The notes below the pieces were generated by a model, which saw only the letters and a list, made by a program, of their open reading frames with translations, had not been told where the DNA came from and did no database searches. Source: Eubacteriales bacterium (GTDB taxonomy: Bacteria > Bacillota > Clostridia > Oscillospirales > CAG-272). From it: a DNA stretch of 64,000 nucleotides. A program made the translations under genes and the position numbers. Shown here piece after piece: positions 53,591 through 62,961 of this stretch (its first letter is position 1; each line of letters opens with the position of its first letter). The stretch covers positions 488 through 64,487 of the forward strand of contig JAZQKI010000001.1 in NCBI GenBank assembly GCA_045542075.1, given 5' to 3'.

Positions 53591-54559
53591 TTATGAATTT
53601 GGAAGTATAATTGTTGTCAGTGCCTTTCTCTGCTCTTCGGTAGGCAGACCCAGCTTGCCGTTATTCAAAAGCGCAACAATACAGTGAAGCAAGAACCAAC
53701 TGTCAGAGTGGAACACAAACTGCAGCTCATACTCTTTGATCTTTCTCAAATGCGCCGGAACACACTCCAAAGCAGCCTTGGCATACGGTGCTTTGAGTGC
53801 TTCAAATTGATCCTTATATTTCGCCTTAATGCGCTCACCGATCATAAGCAACTCGTTTTGCACTTCCTTATTGGTCAGAACAATGATTTTCCATGCTGTC
53901 TTGAAGCATCCGTCGTAGTCACCCCAGGTCTTAATGTAGCCACGCTCACCAAGCCATGCATAATCCTCCTTGGAGAGCAGCCATTCTTTTTCATGGTCGT
54001 AGAGCGAAAGCACGCGCTTGGCATCATCCGCGTACACGAAATATCCTTTATAATCGCCTCGATTAGACCATTCGCTATCGATCTGCCACAAGATATGACC
54101 GTCATGCTCGTTCCACATAGGTCCGCACCAATTCTTCATGTATACGTGGCCCTCGGGCAACACTATATCATCCGGCACGACCGTCGCATGAAAGATATTT
54201 TGCCCACCGTCGGGACGAATGGTTGCCACCTCGTCAAACGTAATACGCTTATCCATCAAATCATCACCCGACAAAGCGGCAATATACGGAACGAGCGACC
54301 ATAAAAGGAAATTATGATCTCTTTGCGGCTTTTCGAGTGTCGTTTCGGGCATCATATAGTTGCAAAAAATGCGCTCGTCATCTAAGATTCCGCTACTTTT
54401 CAGCTGATCAAACAGATCGTTTGCAAACAGCTCCGCAGCCTTTTTATACATATTGTTCTGCATGACCAATAGCTCTGCCGTAGGTTCGTTGATGATAAAA
54501 TTGATCAGATACTTGTCCTTTTGCTTTATCAAAAAGCCGTATTCCTCTAAAATATCCAC
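53591..54559 (-). CDS. uncharacterised 322-codon ORF, in frame with and 2 codons downstream of the stop of the sigma ORF (possible C-terminal half of a split gene)
   Basis: It is open from GTG 54559 with no RBS. The first ATG is 32 codons in. The N-terminus VDILEEYGFLIKQKDKYLINF looks like the end of a winged helix whose first helices lie in the upstream ORF. Confidence 0.5.
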   Translation of the reverse strand: MDILEEYGFLIKQKDKYLINFIINEPTAELLVMQNNMYKKAAELFANDLFDQLKSSGILDDERIFCNYMMPETTLEKPQRDHNFLLWSLVPYIAALSGDDLMDKRITFDEVATIRPDGGQNIFHATVVPDDIVLPEGHVYMKNWCGPMWNEHDGHILWQIDSEWSNRGDYKGYFVYADDAKRVLSLYDHEKEWLLSKEDYAWLGERGYIKTWGDYDGCFKTAWKIIVLTNKEVQNELLMIGERIKAKYKDQFEALKAPYAKAALECVPAHLRKIKEYELQFVFHSDSWFLLHCIVALLNNGKLGLPTEEQRKALTTIILPNS

Positions 54560-54565
54560 CTCTGT

Positions 54566-55258
54566 TTACACATAAACGGGTGATACACCCAGATCATCTG
54601 CGATCTCATTGACCGTCTTGGCGATGTTTCTGACGCAGTAGCATATATTCTGCGGCAGGCTTGACCGAAAAAATTCGTCCGGATTTCTGTTCCCCGCCGA
54701 GCCATTGATTCCGTATGCATGAAATTTTATCGGATTAAATTTGAGTTCACTTGTTTTTCTCATAGTATCCATACCTCGTTTCAATTCTTTTTTTGCTTCA
54801 AACAAGTGCCATTTAACTGTGCCGATAGGAATACCCAAATCTTTAGCAATATCTCCTTGCTTGCGATTTTCAAAATAGTACGCAATTACGATCTTTCGCT
54901 GGAGCTTTGAAAGATATGCAATTTCGCTCTGCAATCTACGTATGGTATCGGCATTGTCGTCGTCATTAAAAATAGAGTCGGGATCGGCAATTATCTCCGC
55001 CACCTCATCAATGGATACGCCTATCACGCTTTTAGCGGCATCTCTATAATAATTACTGAGCGCATTATGAGCAATCGTCCAAATAAATTTGTTAACGTCC
55101 CCGATATCGTCTTTGATCAAAAGCGCACGAAATGCTTTTAATACGATATCCTGCGAAAGATCCTCCGCGTCGTGTGCATTCTTACACCGCTTCAGCGCAA
55201 AGCCAAATATGGGATTAAGATATTTAGTGATGATTTTTTCGGCATCTTGTCTGTTCAC
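54566..55258 (-). CDS. ECF-type sigma-70 family RNA polymerase sigma factor with C-terminal extension
   Basis: 230 aa. Region 2 is AEDLSQDIVLKAFRAL...WTIAHNALSNYYR. Region 4 is LQRKIVIAYYFENRKQGDIAKDLGIPIGTVKWHLFEAKKELK. An extra 70 aa or so end in TVNEIADDLGVSPVYV, followed by TAA at 54566-54568. Confidence 0.82.
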   Translation of the reverse strand: MNRQDAEKIITKYLNPIFGFALKRCKNAHDAEDLSQDIVLKAFRALLIKDDIGDVNKFIWTIAHNALSNYYRDAAKSVIGVSIDEVAEIIADPDSIFNDDDNADTIRRLQSEIAYLSKLQRKIVIAYYFENRKQGDIAKDLGIPIGTVKWHLFEAKKELKRGMDTMRKTSELKFNPIKFHAYGINGSAGNRNPDEFFRSSLPQNICYCVRNIAKTVNEIADDLGVSPVYV

Positions 55259-55368
55259 TTGTTTGTACCTCGTTGAAAGCTTTCACCTATATAGACACGG
55301 ATTTTGAAAAAGGTTGGATTTTTTTAATAATTATATCATAAATTGAAAAAATGTCGACTTTTATGACT

Positions 55369-55400
55369 AAGGCACTTGCAGTAATTTTCACAAGTGCCTT
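55369..55400 (-). terminator. hairpin downstream of dnaE
   Basis: Stem aaggcacttg / caagtgcctt. The T-run is better on the plus strand, so its function on the minus strand is uncertain. Confidence 0.4.
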
Positions 55401-55409
55401 AGTTTTTGT

Positions 55410-58400
55410 TTATTTCAAAATACAATTCTCCTCTCCAAGCAGCTTTTTAAGCTCGGAGATGGCATATTCCGAGCAAAACATTTTTTCGCTGTACTCGGAG
55501 TATTTTTTTGTACTGCTGTCATAGAAAATGACTGAAAGGCTGCCCTCGTTGAATATATCTACAAGATTCTTTGCGTATTTGAATTTTTCGCACTCCATAT
55601 CGGGAACACGCAGATATATTTTTGTCGGGACTGTAGCCTGTTTTTGAGGCGCGGGCGCGGTCTTTTGTGTAGTCGGTGCTGGCTCTGCCGGCTTTGCCGG
55701 CGCGGCACTCATATAAGCCGAAAGATATACCGAAAGCCTTGGGTCTGCGGCGGGCTGCGCGGGGTTACTTGTCGGTTTATTTTCAACCGCTTTAAGCTGC
55801 TCCTGCTTTTCAAATACGGAGTTTTCCATCAAGGGAGATACTGTATTTACAAGTATCTTTGCGTCCTCGTCCTTATATGACAGAGTTCCCTCTATATACA
55901 CACCGTTGTCAAGCAATATTTCGTGCGAATAGTTGTTATATACCTTCGGGAAGGTAATGCACTCTATTTCGCCGAGCTTGTCCTCAAGCTTGAAAAACGC
56001 CATTCGCTCTTCTCTTCTCGTGGTCTTGAAGGTCACCGCGGTAACAATTCCCGCGAGCTTTACCTTAGCACCGTCACGGAGAGTGCTGTCGTCGGATATA
56101 ATATCCGTTATCTTTGTCACGGACAGAGACTTGACGTGGGACTCAAAGTTGTCTATCATATGTCCCGAGAAATACATCCCCGACGCGTCCTTTTCAAGCA
56201 TAAGCTTTTCGCGCATAGTAAACTCGGGAATATTGGGATACTCAAACGATGGCGTATCCGCGCCGCCCGCCATTGAGAACATATCCATCTGCCCCATAAT
56301 GTTGTTGCGCCTTTTCTGCTGTATATTGTCGATTATGCTCTCGTAGGATGCGAGAATTTGCGAGCGATGCGCGCCAAGACCGTCAAAGCCTCCCGCCTTG
56401 ATTATAGCCTCTACCTGACGCTTGTTAAGCTCGGTGGTCTCGGACATTCTCTCAACAAAGTTTTCAAAAGACGTAAACGGCTCGCGCGTTCTCTCGCGTA
56501 TAATTGCCGCGATAAACTGTCTGCCGACGTTTTTGAGCGCCGCCATACCGAAGCGGATATTGCCCTCAGTATCCGTGCCGAAATCAACTCGGCTTGTGTT
56601 TATATTGGGCGGCAGGACTGATATGCCGAATTTTGAGCATTCAGCAATATATTCCGCGGCTTTGGTACGGTTGTCAAGCACGCTTGTGAGAAGCGCCGCC
56701 ATATATTCACCCGTGTAGTGCGCCTTCAGATACGCCGTGCGGTAGGATATGAGCGCGTAGGCTGCTGCGTGGGACTTGTTAAAGGCATAGTTTGCAAAGC
56801 TTGACATATCCTCAAAAAGCTTTTCTGCCTTTTTGCCGTCAATTCCGTTGGCTTTAGCTCCCTCAATAAACTGCTCGCGCTCGGCATTCAATACCGACGC
56901 TTTTTTCTTTGACATCGCGCGGCGCACTATATCCGCGTGACCGAATGTATATCCCGCGATATTTCGGAAAATGCTCATTACCTGCTCCTGATATACGGTA
57001 CAGCCGTATGTGGACTTCAATATAGGCTCAAGCTCGGGAATGTCGTATTTGATTTTTGACGGGTCGTGCTTGCACTCGATAAATCTCGGTATGGAGTCCA
57101 TAGGTCCCGGACGGTAGAGGGCTATCGCTGCGATAATATCGTCTATACACTCGGGACGGAGATTCTGGAGCATCTGTCTCATTCCGTCGGACTCAAGCTG
57201 GAACACGCCAAGGGTATTTCCCTTTGAGATAAGCTCGTACGTCTCTTTATCGTCAAGGGGTATCTTTTCAATGTCAAAGTCGGGGTTATTCTCTTTTATC
57301 TGCTTTTCCGCGTCGCTGATGATTGTAAGATAACGCAGAGCCAAAAAGTCGAATTTGAGTAGTCCGAGTGCGGCTATGGTGTCCATATCAAACTGCGTGA
57401 CGGTCGCGCTGTTGCTGACTGCAAGCGGCACGTAGTCTGATACGGGCTCGTCGGTAATGACTACGCCCGCGGCGTGAACCGAGATGTTTCGGGGCATTCC
57501 CTCAAGAGCCATAGCGGTGTCTATAAGCTCGCGCACCTGCTCGGAGTCCTTATACATTTCCGCAAGCGCGGGGGATTTTATCGCCTGCTTCAAGGTTATT
57601 CCAAGCTCGTGAGGTACGGCTTTTGCCACTGCGTCAACGTCTGAATAAGACATACCCATAGCGCGACCGCAGTCGCGTATTGCCGCCTTTGCGGCAAGAG
57701 TTCCAAAGGTGATTATCTGCGAGACGTGATCCTTGCCGTATTTTTCCTCAACGTATCTTATGACCTCGTCGCGTCGCTCATAGCAGAAGTCAATATCAAT
57801 ATCGGGCATGCTTACTCGCTCGGGGTTGAGAAATCTCTCGAACAGCAGGTCGAATTTTATAGAGTCGACCTCGGTAATTCCAAGCAGATAAGCCACAAGG
57901 CTTCCCGCGCCCGATCCTCTGCCGGGTCCGACGGATATGCCTGATTTTTTTGCGAAGTTTACGTAGTCCTGAACTATGAGGAAATAGTCAGCGTATCCCA
58001 TAGACGAGATGACCGAAAGCTCGTACTTTATTCTTTCCTCGTAGGCAAGTCTGTTATTGTGAGGTTTATCTCCAAATACTATGTGTCCTCGTTCTATACG
58101 GCTCTCAAGTCCGCGCTGTGTAAGCTCACAGAGATATTCCTCCGCGCTCTTGCCCATAGGACACGGGAATTTCGGGAGAAGCACCTGCTCAAAGTCAAAC
58201 TCAAGATTGCACTTATCTGCTATTTTGACTGTGTTTTCTATTGCCGAGGGATATTCTGCGTAGATCTCGCGCATCTCCTCGGTGGTCTTGATGTAGTAGT
58301 CGTCCGAGTCAAATTCGGGCTTGTGAGGGTCTGTGAGTGTGGTGTTGGTCTGTATGCACATCAATACCTGCTGAACGTATGAGTCGCGACGGCGTAGGTA

Positions 58401-59024
58401 GTGGCAGTCGTTAGTCGCTACAAGCGGAATATCGCACTCTCCTGCAATTTTTACAAGCTGAGGAATAAGAGCCTTTGTTTCCTCCGTGCCGTGATCCTGA
58501 AGCTCAATATAGAAATTCCCTTCGCCAAAAGCCTGCTTATATTTGAGAGCAGTCTCCTTTGCCGCGTCGTAATCTCCGCGAGTGAGCTGCTTTGGTATCT
58601 TGCCCGACAGACATGCGGAGAGCGCTATAAGTCCGTCACAATGGTCAAAAAGCAGAGATTCGTCTATTCGCGGTCTCACGTAAAAGCCCTCGGTAAAGCC
58701 TTTTGATACAAGGTATATAAGGTTTTTATAACCCGTCATATTCTTGCAGAGCAAAACGAGGTGGTAATAGGAGGTGTCCGAAACAGGACGCTTTTCAAAG
58801 CGCGATGCGGGGGCTACGTAGACCTCGCAGCCGATTATAGGCTTTATTCCCTGCGAGCGACATTCCTTATAGAATGACAACACGCCGTACATATTTCCGT
58901 GGTCGGTTATAGCCACGGCGTCCTGACGGCATTCCTTTATTCTTTCGGGTATATCTTTGATACGGCATGCGCCGTCAAGGAGACTGTATTCACTATGAAG
59001 ATGCAGATGTACAAAATTTCCCAT
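55410..59024 (-). CDS. dnaE: DNA polymerase III alpha subunit, DnaE type
   Basis: 1204 aa. The PHP N-terminus is FVHLHLHSEYSLLDGA. The polymerase core includes GPGRGSGAGSLVAY and PDIDIDF, with an OB-fold region. The C-terminus has a Pro/Ala linker plus a tail domain of about 75 aa. Confidence 0.96.
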   Translation of the reverse strand: MGNFVHLHLHSEYSLLDGACRIKDIPERIKECRQDAVAITDHGNMYGVLSFYKECRSQGIKPIIGCEVYVAPASRFEKRPVSDTSYYHLVLLCKNMTGYKNLIYLVSKGFTEGFYVRPRIDESLLFDHCDGLIALSACLSGKIPKQLTRGDYDAAKETALKYKQAFGEGNFYIELQDHGTEETKALIPQLVKIAGECDIPLVATNDCHYLRRRDSYVQQVLMCIQTNTTLTDPHKPEFDSDDYYIKTTEEMREIYAEYPSAIENTVKIADKCNLEFDFEQVLLPKFPCPMGKSAEEYLCELTQRGLESRIERGHIVFGDKPHNNRLAYEERIKYELSVISSMGYADYFLIVQDYVNFAKKSGISVGPGRGSGAGSLVAYLLGITEVDSIKFDLLFERFLNPERVSMPDIDIDFCYERRDEVIRYVEEKYGKDHVSQIITFGTLAAKAAIRDCGRAMGMSYSDVDAVAKAVPHELGITLKQAIKSPALAEMYKDSEQVRELIDTAMALEGMPRNISVHAAGVVITDEPVSDYVPLAVSNSATVTQFDMDTIAALGLLKFDFLALRYLTIISDAEKQIKENNPDFDIEKIPLDDKETYELISKGNTLGVFQLESDGMRQMLQNLRPECIDDIIAAIALYRPGPMDSIPRFIECKHDPSKIKYDIPELEPILKSTYGCTVYQEQVMSIFRNIAGYTFGHADIVRRAMSKKKASVLNAEREQFIEGAKANGIDGKKAEKLFEDMSSFANYAFNKSHAAAYALISYRTAYLKAHYTGEYMAALLTSVLDNRTKAAEYIAECSKFGISVLPPNINTSRVDFGTDTEGNIRFGMAALKNVGRQFIAAIIRERTREPFTSFENFVERMSETTELNKRQVEAIIKAGGFDGLGAHRSQILASYESIIDNIQQKRRNNIMGQMDMFSMAGGADTPSFEYPNIPEFTMREKLMLEKDASGMYFSGHMIDNFESHVKSLSVTKITDIISDDSTLRDGAKVKLAGIVTAVTFKTTRREERMAFFKLEDKLGEIECITFPKVYNNYSHEILLDNGVYIEGTLSYKDEDAKILVNTVSPLMENSVFEKQEQLKAVENKPTSNPAQPAADPRLSVYLSAYMSAAPAKPAEPAPTTQKTAPAPQKQATVPTKIYLRVPDMECEKFKYAKNLVDIFNEGSLSVIFYDSSTKKYSEYSEKMFCSEYAISELKKLLGEENCILK

Positions 59025-59041
59025 ATTGCCATGCCTTTCCT

Positions 59042-59935
59042 TTAGATTTCTTGTGATAATTTCATTATTTTTTCAAGTCGGTGATTGAGCCCCGACTTTG
59101 TGATTGGCGGGTTGTGGAGGGATGCGAGAGCCTTCAGCGAAAGCTCGGGGTTTTCAATGCGAAGTCTTGCGGTCTGCTGAAGCTCGTCTGAGAGCATATA
59201 AAAGCGGTCTTTTTCAATAAGTCTTTGGATCGCCTGTATCTGCGGCGCGCCTGCGGTTACCGCTCTTTGAATGTTGCTGGCAACCAAATTCGTGGCTCTG
59301 TTCTCGTCCGCGCGGAGCTGATTTTCAAACTGCTGATTTACAAAGTCAAAAACTATGGTGCTGAGATGACAAAGCGTTAAAAATCCGCCTACCGACTCTC
59401 CATTTCTGAAGAACAGACTGTATCCGTTTTTTCTCTTTGTCATACCGGGATAAATATCTGTGCGGCAGGTAAAGATCTCATTTATCTTCTCCGCTCTCTG
59501 TTTGTTGGGTAAGGACAGCTCAAGGGTGTATGATTTTTCGGGATTGCTTACGCTTCCCACGGCGCAGAACAGTCCGCCAAAAAAATACGACAGACAGCTG
59601 TTACACGCAAAAATGCTATCAAAATCCTTGTGGGTGTCAATGCCACCGTCAATATCAGAGAGTAGCTTTATTGCCGTAGGCAGACAAAATTTTATTGTTA
59701 TAGTATTACAAAATCCACGCCTTGTTTCGCTTATATCCATTTCCCTTATCTTATATACCGTGCTTGCGATATACGTCAAAAGATCGGCCACCTCGGGCTC
59801 GCTTACCTTTAAGATTATGCCTTCCTCGGATATATCAGCGCCCATCAATGCGCCGTGGAAAAACGCCTTTTTACAGCATTTGTTTTTGAAATTAAGACTT
59901 AATATATCCTTTTTGACTCGTGTTGAAAATGACAT
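59042..59935 (-). CDS. whiA: DNA-binding protein WhiA
   Basis: 297 aa. MSFSTRVKKDI..... C.KAFF.G... is a degenerate LAGLIDADG scaffold, plus the C-terminal HTH (LSLKALASLHNPPITKSGLNHRLEKI). Confidence 0.9.
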   Translation of the reverse strand: MSFSTRVKKDILSLNFKNKCCKKAFFHGALMGADISEEGIILKVSEPEVADLLTYIASTVYKIREMDISETRRGFCNTITIKFCLPTAIKLLSDIDGGIDTHKDFDSIFACNSCLSYFFGGLFCAVGSVSNPEKSYTLELSLPNKQRAEKINEIFTCRTDIYPGMTKRKNGYSLFFRNGESVGGFLTLCHLSTIVFDFVNQQFENQLRADENRATNLVASNIQRAVTAGAPQIQAIQRLIEKDRFYMLSDELQQTARLRIENPELSLKALASLHNPPITKSGLNHRLEKIMKLSQEI

Positions 59936-59952
59936 TTATTCCTCCGTTTGTT

Positions 59953-60861
59953 TTATTTTTCGGGAATATATATTATCTCAAGCTCAAGAGTTACGCCGAA
60001 ATTTTCTCTGACTCTTTGCTTTACAATTTCCGCAAGAGCAAGAACATCCGCGCTTGTAGCGTGTCCCTTGTTTACGAAAAATCCTGCGTGCTTTACGGAT
60101 ACCTCCGCATCTCCTACCGAAAGTCCCTTGAGTCCGCAATCGTCAATAAGCTTTGCGGCAATATATCCGTCGGGGCGCTTGAACGTGCTGCCCGCATTGG
60201 GATATTCAAGCGGTTGTTTTTCCTTGCGGCTTTCCATATTTTTTAATGCTTTTTCCAATGCCTCTCCGTTTGTGTCATAACCAAGCTTTATGAGTGTGGA
60301 CAGTACAAAACAGCTTTTATTTTCCTGGAAAAAGCTGTGTCTGTACGAGAAATCGTGATCCTCTGCGGAAAGTGTGAAAAGCTTTCTTGTTTCTGAATTA
60401 TAGCAAGTGCTTTCAAGCACTATCTGTGACATCTCACCGCCGTACGCGCCCGCGTTCATATACACCGCTCCGCCGACACTTCCCGGTATGCCGTAAGCAA
60501 ATTCAAGTCCCGAAAGACCTCGTTTTTTAAGAGTCTCGCCCGCAAGCTCGGTGAGCTTTTTTCCGCATCCGACGAGCGCAAGCTCACCGTCGGTTTTTTT
60601 CGTGTATTGCACCTCATTCATTTTCTGTGTGAATATAAGCGCGCCTCTGTAGCCCTTATCGTCAAAGAGGATATTGCTGCCGTTGCCGATGACGTCAAAG
60701 CGCACTCCGCTGTCGGTCAAGCAATTAAGAGCGCATATAAATTCCTCTGTGCTTTTTGGGAAGATCGCAGCGTCGCACTCGCCGCCGATCTTGAAGGAGC
60801 TATACTTGGAAAGCGGTAGATTTTCCTTTATTTCTATGCCTTTTGGAAGGTTCAATATCAT
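59953..60861 (-). CDS. murB: UDP-N-acetylenolpyruvoylglucosamine reductase
   Basis: 302 aa. Motifs include LSKYSSFKIGG...GNGSNILF...GIPGSVGGAVYMNAGAYG...NAGSTFKRP. Confidence 0.94.
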   Translation of the reverse strand: MILNLPKGIEIKENLPLSKYSSFKIGGECDAAIFPKSTEEFICALNCLTDSGVRFDVIGNGSNILFDDKGYRGALIFTQKMNEVQYTKKTDGELALVGCGKKLTELAGETLKKRGLSGLEFAYGIPGSVGGAVYMNAGAYGGEMSQIVLESTCYNSETRKLFTLSAEDHDFSYRHSFFQENKSCFVLSTLIKLGYDTNGEALEKALKNMESRKEKQPLEYPNAGSTFKRPDGYIAAKLIDDCGLKGLSVGDAEVSVKHAGFFVNKGHATSADVLALAEIVKQRVRENFGVTLELEIIYIPEK

Positions 60862-61544
60862 AAAACGATATCCTCGATTTCAGAAAGCTTATTTACAATA
60901 TATGTTATCTTCATGCCCTCGGGAGCAACCTTGCCCTGCGGATTATACCAGCAGGTGTCAAGTCCCGCATTTATACCGCCCTGAATATCGGACGTCAAGG
61001 AGTCGCCTATGACGAGAGTTGATTTTTGGTCAAAATCGGGGATTTTTGATTTGACAATGTTAAAATACTCAACGCTCGGTTTTTCAAAGCCTATCTCCTC
61101 GGACACAAATCTGTCGATAAAGAGATCAGATAACGCGAGCTTACCCATTCTGCCGTTTTGTACCTTTTTGTTGCCGTTTGTGATTATATAAAGTCGGCAA
61201 TGCTTGGACAGAGTGCGGCAAAGCTGCTCCGCGCCTTCAAGCACGTAAGCCTTCTCGGATAGTTTGTCCAGATAAAGCTGACTTATTTTCTCTGCGTCGA
61301 TATCAAATCCGTAGTGATCCGCAAACGCTCTCCAACGCTCAGAATAAAGCTTTTTTTTCTCGATCTCGCCTCGCTCAAGCATTTTCCAATACATTGTGTT
61401 TATTTCAGAATATTTTGCGATAGTCTTATCGTCTGTTGGCACGGAAAAAGCCTTAAGACAGTCGGTTACTGCCTCATGCTCCGAGCGGTGAAAATCAAGC
61501 AGGGTCTGATCTGCGTCAAAAAGCAGAGTGGTATATTTTGGCAT
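60858..61544 (-). CDS. HAD-superfamily hydrolase (YjjG-like nucleotidase subfamily)
   Basis: ATG 61544. Motifs are LLFDADQTLLDF (DxD), ITNG and VIGDSLTSDIQGG. Confidence 0.82.
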   Translation of the reverse strand: MPKYTTLLFDADQTLLDFHRSEHEAVTDCLKAFSVPTDDKTIAKYSEINTMYWKMLERGEIEKKKLYSERWRAFADHYGFDIDAEKISQLYLDKLSEKAYVLEGAEQLCRTLSKHCRLYIITNGNKKVQNGRMGKLALSDLFIDRFVSEEIGFEKPSVEYFNIVKSKIPDFDQKSTLVIGDSLTSDIQGGINAGLDTCWYNPQGKVAPEGMKITYIVNKLSEIEDIVL

Positions 61545-61734
61545 ATTTTTTCTCCCCAAATGAATAAATAAATATACTTATACATTTTAATTATACAATA
61601 GTCGGGTCAAAAATGCAACTATAATTTTATATTTTATTTAATAATAAATAATAAAAAGATTTGCTTTCCCTCTTGAAAAAATCCCGCGGATGAGTTATAA
61701 TGTAATTTGGAGTATTTTATGTGGAGGTGTTGAT

Positions 61735-62346
61735 ATGACGGTTATCGGTCTTACGGGGCCAAGCGGCTCGGGCAAGGGCAAGATCGCTGAAATTTTGTCT
61801 GAATACGGTATTCAGCATATCAATGCGGATTCCGTATATCACAATATTCTTATCCCTCCCTCCCCCTGTCTTGACGAGCTTGTCGAGACATTTGGATACA
61901 AAATACTTAATGCGGGAGGTCAGCTTGACAGACGTGCGCTTGGAGCTATTGTGTTTGGTGACGAAAACAAGCAAAAGCTTGAAAGGCTCAACAGCATCAC
62001 GCACAAGTACGTCTGCGCGAGAATAAGACAGATAATCCGCTATTTTGAAAGTATGGACCGAAAAGCGTGCGTTATTGACGCTCCCCTGCTTTTAGAGTCG
62101 GGACTTGATCGTGACTGCGATTTTGTTATATCCGTGCTTGCGGACGCAGAGCTTCGATCCCGGAGGATAGCTCAAAGAGATGATATATCACTTGAGGACG
62201 CAAATTTGAGAATACGCTCGCAAAAATCAGACAGCTTTTATATTGATGGGGCGGATATCGTCATATACAATAACGGAGACGAAGATCAGCTGAGAGCTAC
62301 TCTGCTTGACGGTCTCAGAAATATAGATATTGGAGGTGCGGAGTGA
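61735..62346 (+). CDS. coaE: dephospho-CoA kinase
   Basis: ATG 61735 follows GGAGGTG. The motif is IGLTGPSGSGKG...INADSVYH. Confidence 0.9.
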   Translation: MTVIGLTGPSGSGKGKIAEILSEYGIQHINADSVYHNILIPPSPCLDELVETFGYKILNAGGQLDRRALGAIVFGDENKQKLERLNSITHKYVCARIRQIIRYFESMDRKACVIDAPLLLESGLDRDCDFVISVLADAELRSRRIAQRDDISLEDANLRIRSQKSDSFYIDGADIVIYNNGDEDQLRATLLDGLRNIDIGGAE

Positions 62347-62942
62347 GATATTCTGATAGATCCAATATGGGAAAAAGATATGCGATAGCTATTGCCGTTG
62401 TGTTGATATTTGCTATTCTCTTTGGCTTTTTACTCGATTTTGTGATTACAAAAATCGAGTATGCTACCTATAAAAAGCCCGAGGATTATTCGCAGTTTGT
62501 GGAAAAATATTCCGAGAAATACGACGTTCCCGAGCATATTATCTGGTCGGTAATAAAGGCGGAGAGCGGATTTGATTACACCGCTAAGTCTTCCGCGGGT
62601 GCTATAGGACTTATGCAGATGATGCCCGAGACCTTTGAGGACTTGACGGACAATCACTTAAAAGAATACTTTGATTCGGGTATGCTTTTTGACGCGGAGA
62701 CAAATATTCGTTATGGAACATATTATCTTTCCTATCTTTACAGATATTACGGTGATTGGTCGGTCGTGTTTGCCGCGTATAATGCAGGCATGGGAAACGT
62801 CAACGAGTGGCTTGAGGATGAGAAATATTCATCCGATGGAGAAACTCTTGACAAAATTCCATTCAGGGAGACTAAAGGTTACGTCTCAAAGGTGGAAAGA
62901 TACGAGAAAAAATATGACAAGCTTTATGATCAGGCGAAATAA
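62343..62942 (+). CDS. membrane-anchored lytic transglycosylase (SLT domain)
   Basis: 199 aa. The GTG start overlaps the coaE stop. It has an N-terminal TM helix. The catalytic region is IIWSVIKAESGFDYTAKSSAGAIGLMQMMPETF...AYNAG. Confidence 0.85.
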   Translation: MRYSDRSNMGKRYAIAIAVVLIFAILFGFLLDFVITKIEYATYKKPEDYSQFVEKYSEKYDVPEHIIWSVIKAESGFDYTAKSSAGAIGLMQMMPETFEDLTDNHLKEYFDSGMLFDAETNIRYGTYYLSYLYRYYGDWSVVFAAYNAGMGNVNEWLEDEKYSSDGETLDKIPFRETKGYVSKVERYEKKYDKLYDQAK

Positions 62943-62961
62943 ATTTTAAGGAGATATAAAA

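Noticed and set aside
53684-54304. 206-aa plus-strand ORF
   Set aside because: It is antisense to the 322-codon ORF and has no start context or motifs.
7315-59024. Two DNA polymerase III alpha genes (polC and dnaE) in one window
   Set aside because: This is the normal Firmicute complement (PolC plus DnaE3-type). It is not a duplication or a horizontally acquired replisome.
59460-60280. Plus-strand ORFs 59460-60011, 59920-60246 and 59948-60280
   Set aside because: These are antisense shadows of whiA and murB, both of which have unambiguous motifs on the minus strand.
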